Positions 20,728 through 29,140 of a DNA stretch of 64,000 bases are shown here, in pieces. The stretch comes from Gammaproteobacteria bacterium. Lineage in GTDB: Bacteria > Pseudomonadota > Gammaproteobacteria > Steroidobacterales > Foliamicaceae. The DNA lies in NCBI GenBank assembly GCA_026707445.1, contig JAPOWV010000016.1, positions 6,758 to 70,757 on the forward strand, given 5' to 3'. The notes under the pieces were generated by a model. That model was not told the DNA's origin, made no database searches, and saw only the letters and a list, made by a program, of their open reading frames with translations. Both the position numbers and the translations under genes were made by a program. How positions within the stretch are numbered: position 1 is the stretch's first letter; each line of letters begins with the position of its first letter.

Positions 20728-21182
20728 CTCCCCATCCTCGCGTTGAGGTCGGCCGACAGCGTGCGGGCCCTGAAGCCGGGGGCGGACCGCCGCAGGTCGC
20801 TCAGCGTAACTTCCGTGAGCGCACCGCGAATCGCGCGGTTGATCTGCCGCCAGGCGCCGCCCACGGTACAGAACGACTCCAGCTCGCACTGGCTCTCCGC
20901 ATGGCTGCATTCGGTGAGCGCCATCGGCCCTTCCAGCGCTTCGAGTATCTCCACCGCGTTGATTTCGCGCGCCGCCCGGGCCAGCCGATAGCCGCCAAGG
21001 GCGCCACGCTCGGAACGGACCAGGCCGCGCCCCGCCAGTTGCTTGAGAAGCTTCTGCGCGGTCGGTAGCCTGAGGTGGGTCGCGGCGGCGATTTTCTTGG
21101 CCGAAAGCGACCGGCCCTCGGCCTGCGCCAGGCAGCCGAGGATCATGGTTCCGTAGTCGGTAAGCCTGCTGACTCTGAGCAT
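20724..21182 (-). CDS. Rrf2-family transcriptional regulator of the SUF operon
   Basis: N-terminal winged HTH ([19 protein letters not shown]...[41 protein letters not shown]) and a Cys cluster ([14 protein letters not shown]) suited to an Fe-S sensor. It is the first gene of the operon and overlaps sufB by 4 nt. Confidence 0.85.
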
Positions 21183-21206
21183 TTGCGCGGGCTCCTGATG
21201 GAAACA

Positions 21207-21221
21207 GGACTATTTTAGTCC
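21207..21221 (-). promoter_or_regulatory. Candidate Rrf2 operator: perfect palindrome GGACTA-TTT-TAGTCC upstream of the suf operon
   Basis: A 15-bp perfect inverted repeat about 25 nt upstream of the regulator start codon, in an AT-rich intergenic region. No binding data exist; this is positional inference. Confidence 0.4.
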
Positions 21222-21303
21222 AAAATAAACTTAATGGGGGAATTCCGGGGCTTTGTAGTATTATGGGGCCATAAGGGCCTATTTTTGGCCGAGGAAGGCG
21301 CTA

Positions 21304-22143
21304 ATGGACCTCTTGAATGATCTGATCAAGGACCCTTTTGGGGCCGCCGCGGCCCGCGAGTTGTGCCGCAGAAACGGCCTTTTCGAGCCGGGCCGGCTGT
21401 ACAGGCGCATCGAAATCAGCGAGACGCTGCGAAAGGAATTTGTTCGGCGTGGCGGGGCTTCCGGCACCACCAACGCAGCCGTGGCTACCGTGTTGAAGAA
21501 GTGGCTTCTGACGCGCGCGAGTCCCTTTCGCAGAGAAATGCGGGGACGCTACCGGTTCCTTGGTTTGGAGAGAGAGAATGAGGGATACGCGGGCGCCGGT
21601 GTTGGAGGTTTCCCCGTGCGCGATGCTCCCATGGATTACGCGCCGACTCCCGAGCTCGAAATCGGCGCGGGCCCCTGTGAAGTCTATGCCTGGTGCATGC
21701 CCGGGTACAAGGCTGCAGGGGACGGTCGCTGGCCGATAAGAATCGGCAGGGCCGGAACCGAAGGATTCAAGGCCCAGTTGCGCGACTTTCACGAAAACCT
21801 TCCGGAACGGCCCCGCTACCTGCTGAGGCTGGGTTGCGCCGACGATGCCGAAGCGCGCAGGCGGGAGGCGCTGCTGCAAGCGTGGTTCACAGAACGTGGG
21901 CAACAGCTTGACGAGGCCCCGGGAGATGGATGGTTCCTGGCCAATCCCGGCCAGATCGACGAAGCGGCACAACACCTCATGGAGGCGGAGCTGCATGTCG
22001 GCGGCATGACTCTTGAGAGAATGGACAAGCTATTTGCGGAGATTTTCAAGGACGTTCCGGACGAGGAATGGGCAAACCTGCCCGACGACCTGATCGACCG
22101 GCTTGACGGGTATCTCTACGGCGTTGATCGCTACCGCCAATGA
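21304..22143 (+). CDS. Hypothetical 279-aa protein with a T5orf172/GIY-YIG-like central region and a C-terminal antitoxin-like tail; putative partner of the downstream PIN toxin
   Basis: The middle region WPIRIGRAGTEGFKAQLRDFHENLPERPRYLLRLGCADDAEARRREALLQAWFTERG...GWFLANPGQI follows the T5orf172 pattern (xKIGxT...R...L....p......a...E..lh..f......EWF). The tail FKDVPDEEWANLPDDLIDRLDGYLYG resembles short antitoxins found upstream of PIN genes. There is a 4-nt ATGA overlap with the PIN gene. Confidence 0.5.
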   Translation: MDLLNDLIKDPFGAAAARELCRRNGLFEPGRLYRRIEISETLRKEFVRRGGASGTTNAAVATVLKKWLLTRASPFRREMRGRYRFLGLERENEGYAGAGVGGFPVRDAPMDYAPTPELEIGAGPCEVYAWCMPGYKAAGDGRWPIRIGRAGTEGFKAQLRDFHENLPERPRYLLRLGCADDAEARRREALLQAWFTERGQQLDEAPGDGWFLANPGQIDEAAQHLMEAELHVGGMTLERMDKLFAEIFKDVPDEEWANLPDDLIDRLDGYLYGVDRYRQ

Positions 22144-22589
22144 AGACCGTTTTCGCTGACACGGCCTTTTGGGTCGCCTTGGCCCGGTCGCGCGATCAAT
22201 GGCGCGTGGCGGCCCGGAATGCGTTGCGGCAGTTGGGACCAGTCACAATCGTCACCACCGACGAAGTCCTGACCGAGTTCCTTACCAGTCTCTCCAAGGC
22301 AGGGCCAGAGGCTCGTTTGCGCGCCGTTCGCAGCGTGCGGGAGTTGCAGAACGATCCCGGCGTGCGAGTCATGCCGCAGTCCAGGAAGTCGTTTTGCAAG
22401 GCGCTTGATCGCTATGAGGGCCGTAGCGACAAGAGCTACAGTCTCCAGGATTGCGTGTCGATGAACGTCATGGAGGCTCAGTCGATCACGGAGATTCTCA
22501 CCAGCGATCGCCATTTCGAACAGGAAGGATTCACCGTGCTGATGAAGCAGGCCGACGCGCGTTCCCCACAAGGCAATCGGGGCGGCTGA
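22140..22589 (+). CDS. PIN-domain ribonuclease toxin (VapC-like)
   Basis: The acidic residues sit in PIN spacing: VFADTAFWVAL (D7), TTDEVLTEF, SLQDCVSMNVM and LTSDRHF. Confidence 0.8.
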   Translation: MKTVFADTAFWVALARSRDQWRVAARNALRQLGPVTIVTTDEVLTEFLTSLSKAGPEARLRAVRSVRELQNDPGVRVMPQSRKSFCKALDRYEGRSDKSYSLQDCVSMNVMEAQSITEILTSDRHFEQEGFTVLMKQADARSPQGNRGG

Positions 22590-22622
22590 CCGCGGACGCG
22601 ACACGAAGGTGGGCGCAACGAT

Positions 22623-22967
22623 TTAGAGAGAAAGCACAAGCCGCAATCCGTCGTCAACTCTGCGAAGGACGCTTTCCGCAACACGGCCCGCGCGTTCCCG
22701 CAAAAACTTGCGGTCCAGCGTGACGATTTGCGAGACGTTGACTACGGAATCCGCCGGAAGCAGTCCCGCGCGCCGGCTCAGCCGCACGTTGCCGGGCGCC
22801 TCGGCCAGATTCAGGTTGGATGTGACGGCTATCGCTACTACCGTTTGTATGCGGCTGCGATTGAAAGCGTCAGCCTGGACCACCAGGACGGGTCGCCGAT
22901 AGCCTGGTTCCGCGCCTGCGGGAACACCCAGATCCGCCCACCAGACTTCACCGCGCCTTACTTCCAT
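22623..22967 (-). CDS. Type II toxin, MazF/PemK family endoribonuclease
   Basis: RGEVWWADLG...GYRRPVLVVQADAFN...VVAIAVTSN...VNVSQIVTLDRKFL is the typical PemK/MazF pattern. It overlaps the upstream antitoxin gene by 10 nt. Confidence 0.88.
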   Translation of the reverse strand: MEVRRGEVWWADLGVPAGAEPGYRRPVLVVQADAFNRSRIQTVVAIAVTSNLNLAEAPGNVRLSRRAGLLPADSVVNVSQIVTLDRKFLRERAGRVAESVLRRVDDGLRLVLSL

Positions 22968-23203
22968 TTGTCCCTTTCAATAGATCGGGACTGCATTTCC
23001 GCCAATCGGTTATCCAGTGCGAACGCTTGGGCATTATCCTCATATATTCGATTGAGCCGCCTCGTAATGTTCGCGTGGGAGTGTCGCGCAACGAACTCGC
23101 GCACGGCTCTGGCGTACAGTTCACTTCGGGAAATACGCAATTCGCGAGCGGCTTCCTCGGCCGCCTCGAAAATATCATCCTGAATGGAAATGGCGGTCTT
23201 CAT
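22958..23203 (-). CDS. Ribbon-helix-helix (CopG-like) antitoxin for the MazF-family toxin
   Basis: 81 aa. MKTAISIQDDIFEAAEEAARELRISRSELYARAVREFV is an RHH N-terminus. It lies upstream of, and overlaps, the toxin gene. Confidence 0.8.
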   Translation of the reverse strand: MKTAISIQDDIFEAAEEAARELRISRSELYARAVREFVARHSHANITRRLNRIYEDNAQAFALDNRLAEMQSRSIERDKWK

Positions 23204-23266
23204 GCGCGAAGTATAACCGTAGTTATACCTGCCGGGAGGGTGGCTATTGTGGGGTTGCCGCTCGCG

Positions 23267-24505
23267 TCAGAACCCGGTGCGGCGGACAAACCGGCCGGCC
23301 TTCATGATGACCGGAATGTTGCTTGCGTCGGCGAACAGGTCCAGGTTCTTCATCGGGTCGCCTTCCAGTACCAGCAGGTCGGCGTGTGCGTCCAAGGCGA
23401 TGCAGCCGAGATTGCCTTCCTGGCGCAGAATTTCGGCATTGATGGAAGTTGCGGAGCGCAGCACTTCAAGGGGAGAGTGGACTTCGCCCCGGTAGGCGAA
23501 CTCCCTGCCTTGCAGCTTCATGTACTCGTGGCCCAGCAGATCGGAACCCAGGCCCAGTTTGACCCCGTGGCGGGCGCAGGTCTCCATCGCCGCGAGCATG
23601 GTCTCGTGCACGCGCAGGATCTTGCCTTGGCTGCTGGAGGGCAGGCCGAGCTGGCCGGCGTGGTCCTTGATCACGTGCATGACCGACAGCGTGGGGACCA
23701 CATAAGCGCCTGCCTCCACGATGGCCGCGGCCGTGTCGTCGAGGATTTCGGAGCCGTGCTCGATCGTTCGCACGCCCAGGTCCACGCAGCGGCGGGCGCC
23801 GTCGTCCGTATGGCAATGCGCCATCACGTAGGTGCGCCGCGTCGCGGCTTCCTCGACGGCCGCGCGAACTTCTTCGTCGGAGTATTGCGGCATCCACAGC
23901 GGATCGGTGGGCGAGACCACGCCGCCGGAAATGAAGATCTTGATCTGGTGGGCGCCCTTGCGCAGCTCCTCGCGAACGGCCTTGCGCACCTCGTCCGGGC
24001 CATCGGCGGTGACGGTGAGGCTGCCCATGTAGCCGCAGGCACAGGCCGTGGCCTCGATCTCGTCGCCCGGGCGCATGTCGCCGTGGCCGCCTGTCTGCGA
24101 TAGCGCCCGGCCCGGATAGTAGAGGCGCGGGCCTTCGATCAGTCCCTGTTCCAGCGCCAGCCACAGTCCGATATCGGCGCCGGCCGCGTCGCGAATCGTG
24201 GTGAAACCGCGATGCAGGGTGTCGCGCATGGTCTTGGCGCCGTGCTGCGCGAGTAGTTCGCGCGGCATCCGGTCGAGCTCGTAGAAACTGAAACTCACCC
24301 CGTAGGCATGGAAGTGACAGTCGATCAGTCCCGGCATCAGCACCCGCCCGCCGCAATCGACGATATCCGCGTCTTGCGGCGGCTTGCCGCTCATTGGCTC
24401 CAGCGCCTGAATCCGGCCTTCGGCAACGACCACCCGATGGTCTTCGATGTACTCGGGCCCATGGCCGTCGAAGATGCGGCAGTTTTCGAATGCGGTGACG
24501 GTCAT
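23267..24505 (-). CDS. Amidohydrolase-family metal-dependent hydrolase
   Basis: Contains LMPGLIDCHFHAY (the HxH metal site), TTIRDAAGAD, AHCH and TIEHGS, which is amidohydrolase_1 architecture. The substrate is unknown. Confidence 0.8.
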   Translation of the reverse strand: MTVTAFENCRIFDGHGPEYIEDHRVVVAEGRIQALEPMSGKPPQDADIVDCGGRVLMPGLIDCHFHAYGVSFSFYELDRMPRELLAQHGAKTMRDTLHRGFTTIRDAAGADIGLWLALEQGLIEGPRLYYPGRALSQTGGHGDMRPGDEIEATACACGYMGSLTVTADGPDEVRKAVREELRKGAHQIKIFISGGVVSPTDPLWMPQYSDEEVRAAVEEAATRRTYVMAHCHTDDGARRCVDLGVRTIEHGSEILDDTAAAIVEAGAYVVPTLSVMHVIKDHAGQLGLPSSSQGKILRVHETMLAAMETCARHGVKLGLGSDLLGHEYMKLQGREFAYRGEVHSPLEVLRSATSINAEILRQEGNLGCIALDAHADLLVLEGDPMKNLDLFADASNIPVIMKAGRFVRRTGF

Positions 24506-24602
24506 GGGCCGGATTATCGCCCAGAAGGCGATGAGGTGGCGGACCCGCGAGCGTGGGAATACACTACATGCCGGAGATCACGAAGAAGGGAGAAATCGGC
24601 AG

Positions 24603-25619
24603 ATGACGAACGCGAACCTCGCTGAAATCGCGCAAGCCATGGTGGCGCCCGGCAAGGGCATCCTGGCGGCCGACGAAAGCACTCCAACGATCGGAAAGCG
24701 CTTTGCGAGCATCGGGGTGGAATCGACCGAGCCGCTGCGCCGCGACTACCGCGCCATGCTGTTTGCCGCACCGGAAGCCGACCGTTACATCAGCGGCGTG
24801 ATCCTCTTCGATGAAACGCTGCGGCAGACCATGCCGGACGGCGAACCGATACCTCAATATCTGGCGGGCCGGGGCATGATTCCCGGAATCAAGGTGGACA
24901 AGGGCGCCAAGCCGCTGGCCGGATGCCCGGGGGAGAAGATCACCGAAGGCCTCGACGGGCTGCGCGCGCGGCTGGCGGAATATCGCGGCCTCGGCGCCCG
25001 GTTCGCCAAGTGGCGGGCGGTGATCGCGATCGGCGAGGGGGCGCCCAGCGACTGCTGCGTGCACGCCAATGCCCATGCGCTGGCGCGCTACGCGGCGCTA
25101 TGCCAGGAGGGCGGCCTGGTGCCCATAGTGGAGCCGGAAGTGCTGATGGACGGTCCGCACCCCTTATCCCGCTGCGAGCAGGTGACCGGCGCGGTGCTTG
25201 ATCAGACCTTCGACGAGTTGGAGCGGCACCGGGTTGATCCGGAAGGCATCGTGCTCAAGCCGAACATGGTCGTGTCCGGCAACGAGTGCCCGGCGCAGGC
25301 CGGCGTGGAGGAGGTGGCGGTGGCCACGCTGCGGACGCTGAAGGCGCACGTGCCGTCGGCGGTGCCGGGTATCGCTTTCCTGTCCGGCGGACAGTCGGCG
25401 GAAGAAGCCACCGCCCACCTGAGCGCCATGAATGCGCAGGGACCGCACCCTTGGCAGGTGTCGTTCTCTTACGGGCGCGCGCTGCAGGCGCCGGCCCTGA
25501 CGGCCTGGCAGGGCAGGGCGGATCAGCTGGTCGACGCGCAGCGGGCCTTCGGCGAGCGCGCCCGGCTCAACGGCCTGGCGCGCACCGGCGACTACCGCCC
25601 GGAGCTGGAAGCCGCCTAA
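24603..25619 (+). CDS. fba: Fructose-bisphosphate aldolase, class I
   Basis: ATG at 24603 is preceded by GAAGGGAGA. Contains GKGILAADESTPTIGKRF, ISGVILFDETL, PGIKVDKG and VLKPNMV (Schiff-base Lys region). Confidence 0.9.
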   Translation: MTNANLAEIAQAMVAPGKGILAADESTPTIGKRFASIGVESTEPLRRDYRAMLFAAPEADRYISGVILFDETLRQTMPDGEPIPQYLAGRGMIPGIKVDKGAKPLAGCPGEKITEGLDGLRARLAEYRGLGARFAKWRAVIAIGEGAPSDCCVHANAHALARYAALCQEGGLVPIVEPEVLMDGPHPLSRCEQVTGAVLDQTFDELERHRVDPEGIVLKPNMVVSGNECPAQAGVEEVAVATLRTLKAHVPSAVPGIAFLSGGQSAEEATAHLSAMNAQGPHPWQVSFSYGRALQAPALTAWQGRADQLVDAQRAFGERARLNGLARTGDYRPELEAA

Positions 25620-25638
25620 GCAACGGCGCTCCGATGCC

Positions 25639-25746
25639 GCCTTCTATTCGCATCCCTCTTCCGGGAGACGCATGAATACATCCCTGTAGCTTGGTTCCGC
25701 CATCCCTGGCTCACACACTCCCGGAAGAGGGATGCGAATAGAAGGC
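25639..25746 (+). repeat. Structured repeat, copy A: 29-bp perfect inverted repeat around a 50-nt loop, with a conserved 70-nt core (25658-25727) shared with copy B
   Basis: The left arm gccttctattcgcatccctcttccgggag (25639-25667) is the exact reverse complement of the right arm (25718-25746). The loop is acgcatgaatacatccctgtagcttggttccgccatccctggctcacaca. It starts 19 nt after the fba stop, between convergent genes. Confidence 0.85.
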
Positions 25747-25771
25747 TTACGGGGTGTCCTCGCTCCCGGGA

Positions 25772-27094
25772 TCAGGTTTTCGCGACGCCGCGCAGCGGTG
25801 GGATGAGGTAGTAAAGGACCAGGTACGCGACCATCGAGCCTGCCAGGCCTGAGAGCGCCGGCACCAGCCATTCGGGCGCGTAGTAGTAGCTCAACAGCCC
25901 CAGCGGGTAAGCGAACAGCGCGGCCCAGTTGATGACAGGCAGGCGCGCTTCCTCGCCGGCGTCCATTTTTCCGCGCGCCATGAAGTAGTAGTGCGCGATG
26001 ACCGGCCCGATCAGGGGCGGAACCCAGATCGCCAGCGCGCCGATCCAGAACAGGAACTGCTGGTAGATGCCCAGCCCGAGTATGGTCCCCAGCAGCCCGC
26101 AGATCACCGTCATGACCCGGCGCGGTCGGCGCATGATGCTCGAAGTCTGGATGACCGGGAGGTAGAGATTCGCATCGCCGGTGGTCCAGAGCGCGACGCT
26201 CATTCCGATGACGCCCAGCCAGGCGATGAACCCGGCCTGTTCGCGCAGGTAGGAAGTGAAATCGCCGTCGCCGCCATAAACGACGCCGCCCAGCGCACCG
26301 ACGATCTGCAGGAACCACTGCGCGATGATCAGCACGATGAACGGTATGGCGATGGCCACCCAGGCGCGCTTGGCGAAACGGGTGTATTCCGCCATCACCA
26401 CCGCCCCGACGATCCACGAGCCGATAACGACATTGACCCCGTTCAGCACGCTCAACGGCGATTCCGAATTCGCGGCCTTGTCGGCCGATAGCGCGAGGAA
26501 GGCGTCCCAGCCGCCGGCCTGGCCGACGTTGAGGTCGATCGAATACAGTCCTACCGCCACCAGCACCACCACCGAAGGCACGCTGACCCATTCCAGCGCC
26601 CTGACCCCGAAATAGGTGGTTGCGGTGAACAACAGGCCCGCCAGCAATGCGACGACGTAAAACGCCGTGCTGTCGAAGTCCTGCGCCCAGGCGAAGCCGA
26701 AGGCGCCCACCACGATGCCTTGCCATCCGATGGTCAGCAGGGCGATGAACAGCACCGGAATATAGGCGCCGAAACGTCCGTAGACCAGCCGGTACAGGAG
26801 GCCGCTGTTGCAGGCGGTCTTGTAGCCCATGTAACCCACTACCGCGCCGATCGCGAAGTTGGCGAGGTTGCCGTAAAAGGAAGCCTGGACGGCATCGGGC
26901 CAGAAGCTCATCCCCTTGCCCAGGGCGCCGCCGGTCAGCAGGCCGGTCACCAGAAAACCCCATCCGAAGGCCAGCGTCAACAACGGCAGCGTATTGCGCC
27001 GTTGCGCGTCGCTGAGCGGCGTCAGCGGGTTGTCGGCGCTTTGCCGCTCCTCCTCGGGCTGCAAGGTCCACCATTCCTGTAGTCGATTTGCCAT
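25772..27094 (-). CDS. NCS1-family nucleobase (cytosine/purine-type) permease
   Basis: 440 aa and about 12 TM helices, with a CodB-like pattern (TLAFGWGFLVTGLLTGGALG, FGAYIPVLFIALLTIGWQG, VIGSWIVGAVVMAEYTRF). Confidence 0.75.
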   Translation of the reverse strand: MANRLQEWWTLQPEEERQSADNPLTPLSDAQRRNTLPLLTLAFGWGFLVTGLLTGGALGKGMSFWPDAVQASFYGNLANFAIGAVVGYMGYKTACNSGLLYRLVYGRFGAYIPVLFIALLTIGWQGIVVGAFGFAWAQDFDSTAFYVVALLAGLLFTATTYFGVRALEWVSVPSVVVLVAVGLYSIDLNVGQAGGWDAFLALSADKAANSESPLSVLNGVNVVIGSWIVGAVVMAEYTRFAKRAWVAIAIPFIVLIIAQWFLQIVGALGGVVYGGDGDFTSYLREQAGFIAWLGVIGMSVALWTTGDANLYLPVIQTSSIMRRPRRVMTVICGLLGTILGLGIYQQFLFWIGALAIWVPPLIGPVIAHYYFMARGKMDAGEEARLPVINWAALFAYPLGLLSYYYAPEWLVPALSGLAGSMVAYLVLYYLIPPLRGVAKT

Positions 27095-27108
27095 AATCAG
27101 GATCCCCT

Positions 27109-28614
27109 CTATCCCCGTTGCTCCGACGATTCCTCATCGGACTCCTCGTCTTTCCTTTCACGCCTGCCGCTGTCTTCGGCCATCAGCTCGACCTGCTCCA
27201 GGCGCGCCTCGATACGGCTGCGCCGCACCTCGTCGGCATGCTGGGCGGCCTTCAGGGCGAGTTGAAGCTGGGTGTGCGCGCTATTCAGGTTGCGGCGCAT
27301 GAGTTGGTACTCGGCCATGTAGTAATGCGCATCGGCCATCCGCCCGGATTCCCCGCTCGCCTGGGCCAGCAGGCGCATCGTCTCAAGATCGATCTTGTCG
27401 TCGAGCAGATAGTCCATCAGCAGGTCGCGGGCGAGGGGTGCCTGCCCCTCGGCCAGCAACGCCTCCGCATAGCGGTGGCCCAGGCTCACGTTGCCCGGGA
27501 ACAGCGCCAATGCGTCGTCGAATATCTTCCGGGCCGAGCCTGTGTCTCCGGCTGCGGCACTGGCCCGCGCGACTGCGATCCGCAGCGGTATGGAGTCCGG
27601 ATAATCCTCCAGCAGGTTATTCAGGACCGCCCGCGCTTCGTCGGCGCGGCCCATCCCCAACAGGGCCAGGCCCTGCCCGTAGAACCTGCCTACGTCCGCG
27701 TCGGTTTCCGTCAGCGGCCGCGAGCGGAATCCTCGCAACGCCTCTTCCGGGCTGTCGCTGCCAAGCAACTGGGCCTGGGCGCGGGCCAGGTAATAGCCGA
27801 GGCTGTTGTCGACGCTGCGGACCATGCCGGGAGCAATCCGTGCGCGCGCTTCGGCGATGCGGTTGACGCTGACGGGGTGTGTGCGAAGGATTTCCGGCAT
27901 GGCCTTGGCGGAAAGCGATTCCGTGCGCGACATCGTTTCGAAGAATGAAGGCAGGCCACGAGGGTCGAAACCGGCCGCGTACAGGGTCCCGATGCCGATG
28001 CGGTCGGCTTCATGCTCGTGCGCCCGGGTGAAGTTGATCTGCTGCTGCTGCGCCAGGCCCGTGCCGGCCATCAGGGCTCCCTGCATGAAGTCGCCGCCGC
28101 CGCCCATCAATCCGCCCACCAGCAGAGCGGCGAGCATCGTGGCCATGGTCATGATCGAAGTTCCGCGCATGGCCTGGATCTGCCGCGAAATGTGGTTCTG
28201 GGTCACATGGGCGATCTCATGCGCCAGCACCCCGGCCAGTTCGCTCTCGTTCGCGGTCGCGTCAATCAGGCCCGTATGCACGCCGATGTACCCTCCGGGC
28301 AACGCGAAGGCGTTGATGGATTGGGCCTTTACGACGAAAAAGTGGAACTGGTGGTCGCCGTTCTGCGCCCGGTAGGCCAGCCGCCGGCCCAGGTTGGCCA
28401 CGTACTCGTTGATTTCCGGGTCGGTCACGAGCCGGCCGGCGCTGCGGAACTGCTCGATGACGCTCAGCGCGATTTCCCGCTCCTGTTCGCGCGTCAGCAC
28501 CGTGTCGGCTGCGCTGCCCATGTCGGGCAGTTCCGCTCCGCCTCCCATTTGGGCGCCGGCCGGAAGCGCCTGCAGGGTCAGGGCCAGCATGAGCGCTGCG
28601 CTGGTAGCGCGCAT
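27109..28614 (-). CDS. M48-family metalloprotease with TPR domain (BepA/YfgC-like)
   Basis: ATG at 28614 gives the signal peptide MRATSAALMLALTLQALPAGA. Zinc motif LAHEIAHVTQNH, with C-terminal TPR-like repeats. Confidence 0.8.
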   Translation of the reverse strand: MRATSAALMLALTLQALPAGAQMGGGAELPDMGSAADTVLTREQEREIALSVIEQFRSAGRLVTDPEINEYVANLGRRLAYRAQNGDHQFHFFVVKAQSINAFALPGGYIGVHTGLIDATANESELAGVLAHEIAHVTQNHISRQIQAMRGTSIMTMATMLAALLVGGLMGGGGDFMQGALMAGTGLAQQQQINFTRAHEHEADRIGIGTLYAAGFDPRGLPSFFETMSRTESLSAKAMPEILRTHPVSVNRIAEARARIAPGMVRSVDNSLGYYLARAQAQLLGSDSPEEALRGFRSRPLTETDADVGRFYGQGLALLGMGRADEARAVLNNLLEDYPDSIPLRIAVARASAAAGDTGSARKIFDDALALFPGNVSLGHRYAEALLAEGQAPLARDLLMDYLLDDKIDLETMRLLAQASGESGRMADAHYYMAEYQLMRRNLNSAHTQLQLALKAAQHADEVRRSRIEARLEQVELMAEDSGRRERKDEESDEESSEQRG

Positions 28615-28640
28615 CAGCGGTCTCGCTGGCTGGGGGGCGT

Positions 28641-29108
28641 TCACAATTCGCGGACAGCCTCCAGCACTTCCTCGGCGTGTCCCTTCACCTTCACCTTGCG
28701 CCATTCGCGCCGCAAAACGCCCTCTTCGTCAACCAGGAACGTGCTGCGTTCGATACCCATGTACTTGCGCCCGTACATGCTCTTTTCCTTGATCACGTCA
28801 TAGGCGTTGCAAAGCGTCTCTTCCGGGTCCGACAGCAGGTGGAACGGAAAGTCCTGTTTGCCGCGAAAGTTGTCGTGCGAACGAATGGACTCGCGCGAAA
28901 CGCCCAGTATGACGGCGTTGGCAGCCGTGAACTCGTCGTGCAGATCTCGAAAATTCTGTCCCTCCAGCGTACACCCGGGCGTACTGTCCTTGGGATAGAA
29001 GTAAAGCACCAGCTTGCTGCCCTTGAGATCGCCCAGCGTTTGCCGCCCGCCCGCGGTGCTGGCGGAATCGAAATCCGGCGCCGGCGCGCCCACTTCAGTT
29101 GTGCTCAT
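28641..29108 (-). CDS. bcp: Thioredoxin-dependent peroxiredoxin Bcp
   Basis: APDFDS...LKGSKLVLYFYPKDSTPGCTLE, the peroxidatic Cys motif. Confidence 0.92.
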   Translation of the reverse strand: MSTTEVGAPAPDFDSASTAGGRQTLGDLKGSKLVLYFYPKDSTPGCTLEGQNFRDLHDEFTAANAVILGVSRESIRSHDNFRGKQDFPFHLLSDPEETLCNAYDVIKEKSMYGRKYMGIERSTFLVDEEGVLRREWRKVKVKGHAEEVLEAVREL

Positions 29109-29140
29109 TCTGGTCCTCCTTGCGGATCCTCCATCGCCGT

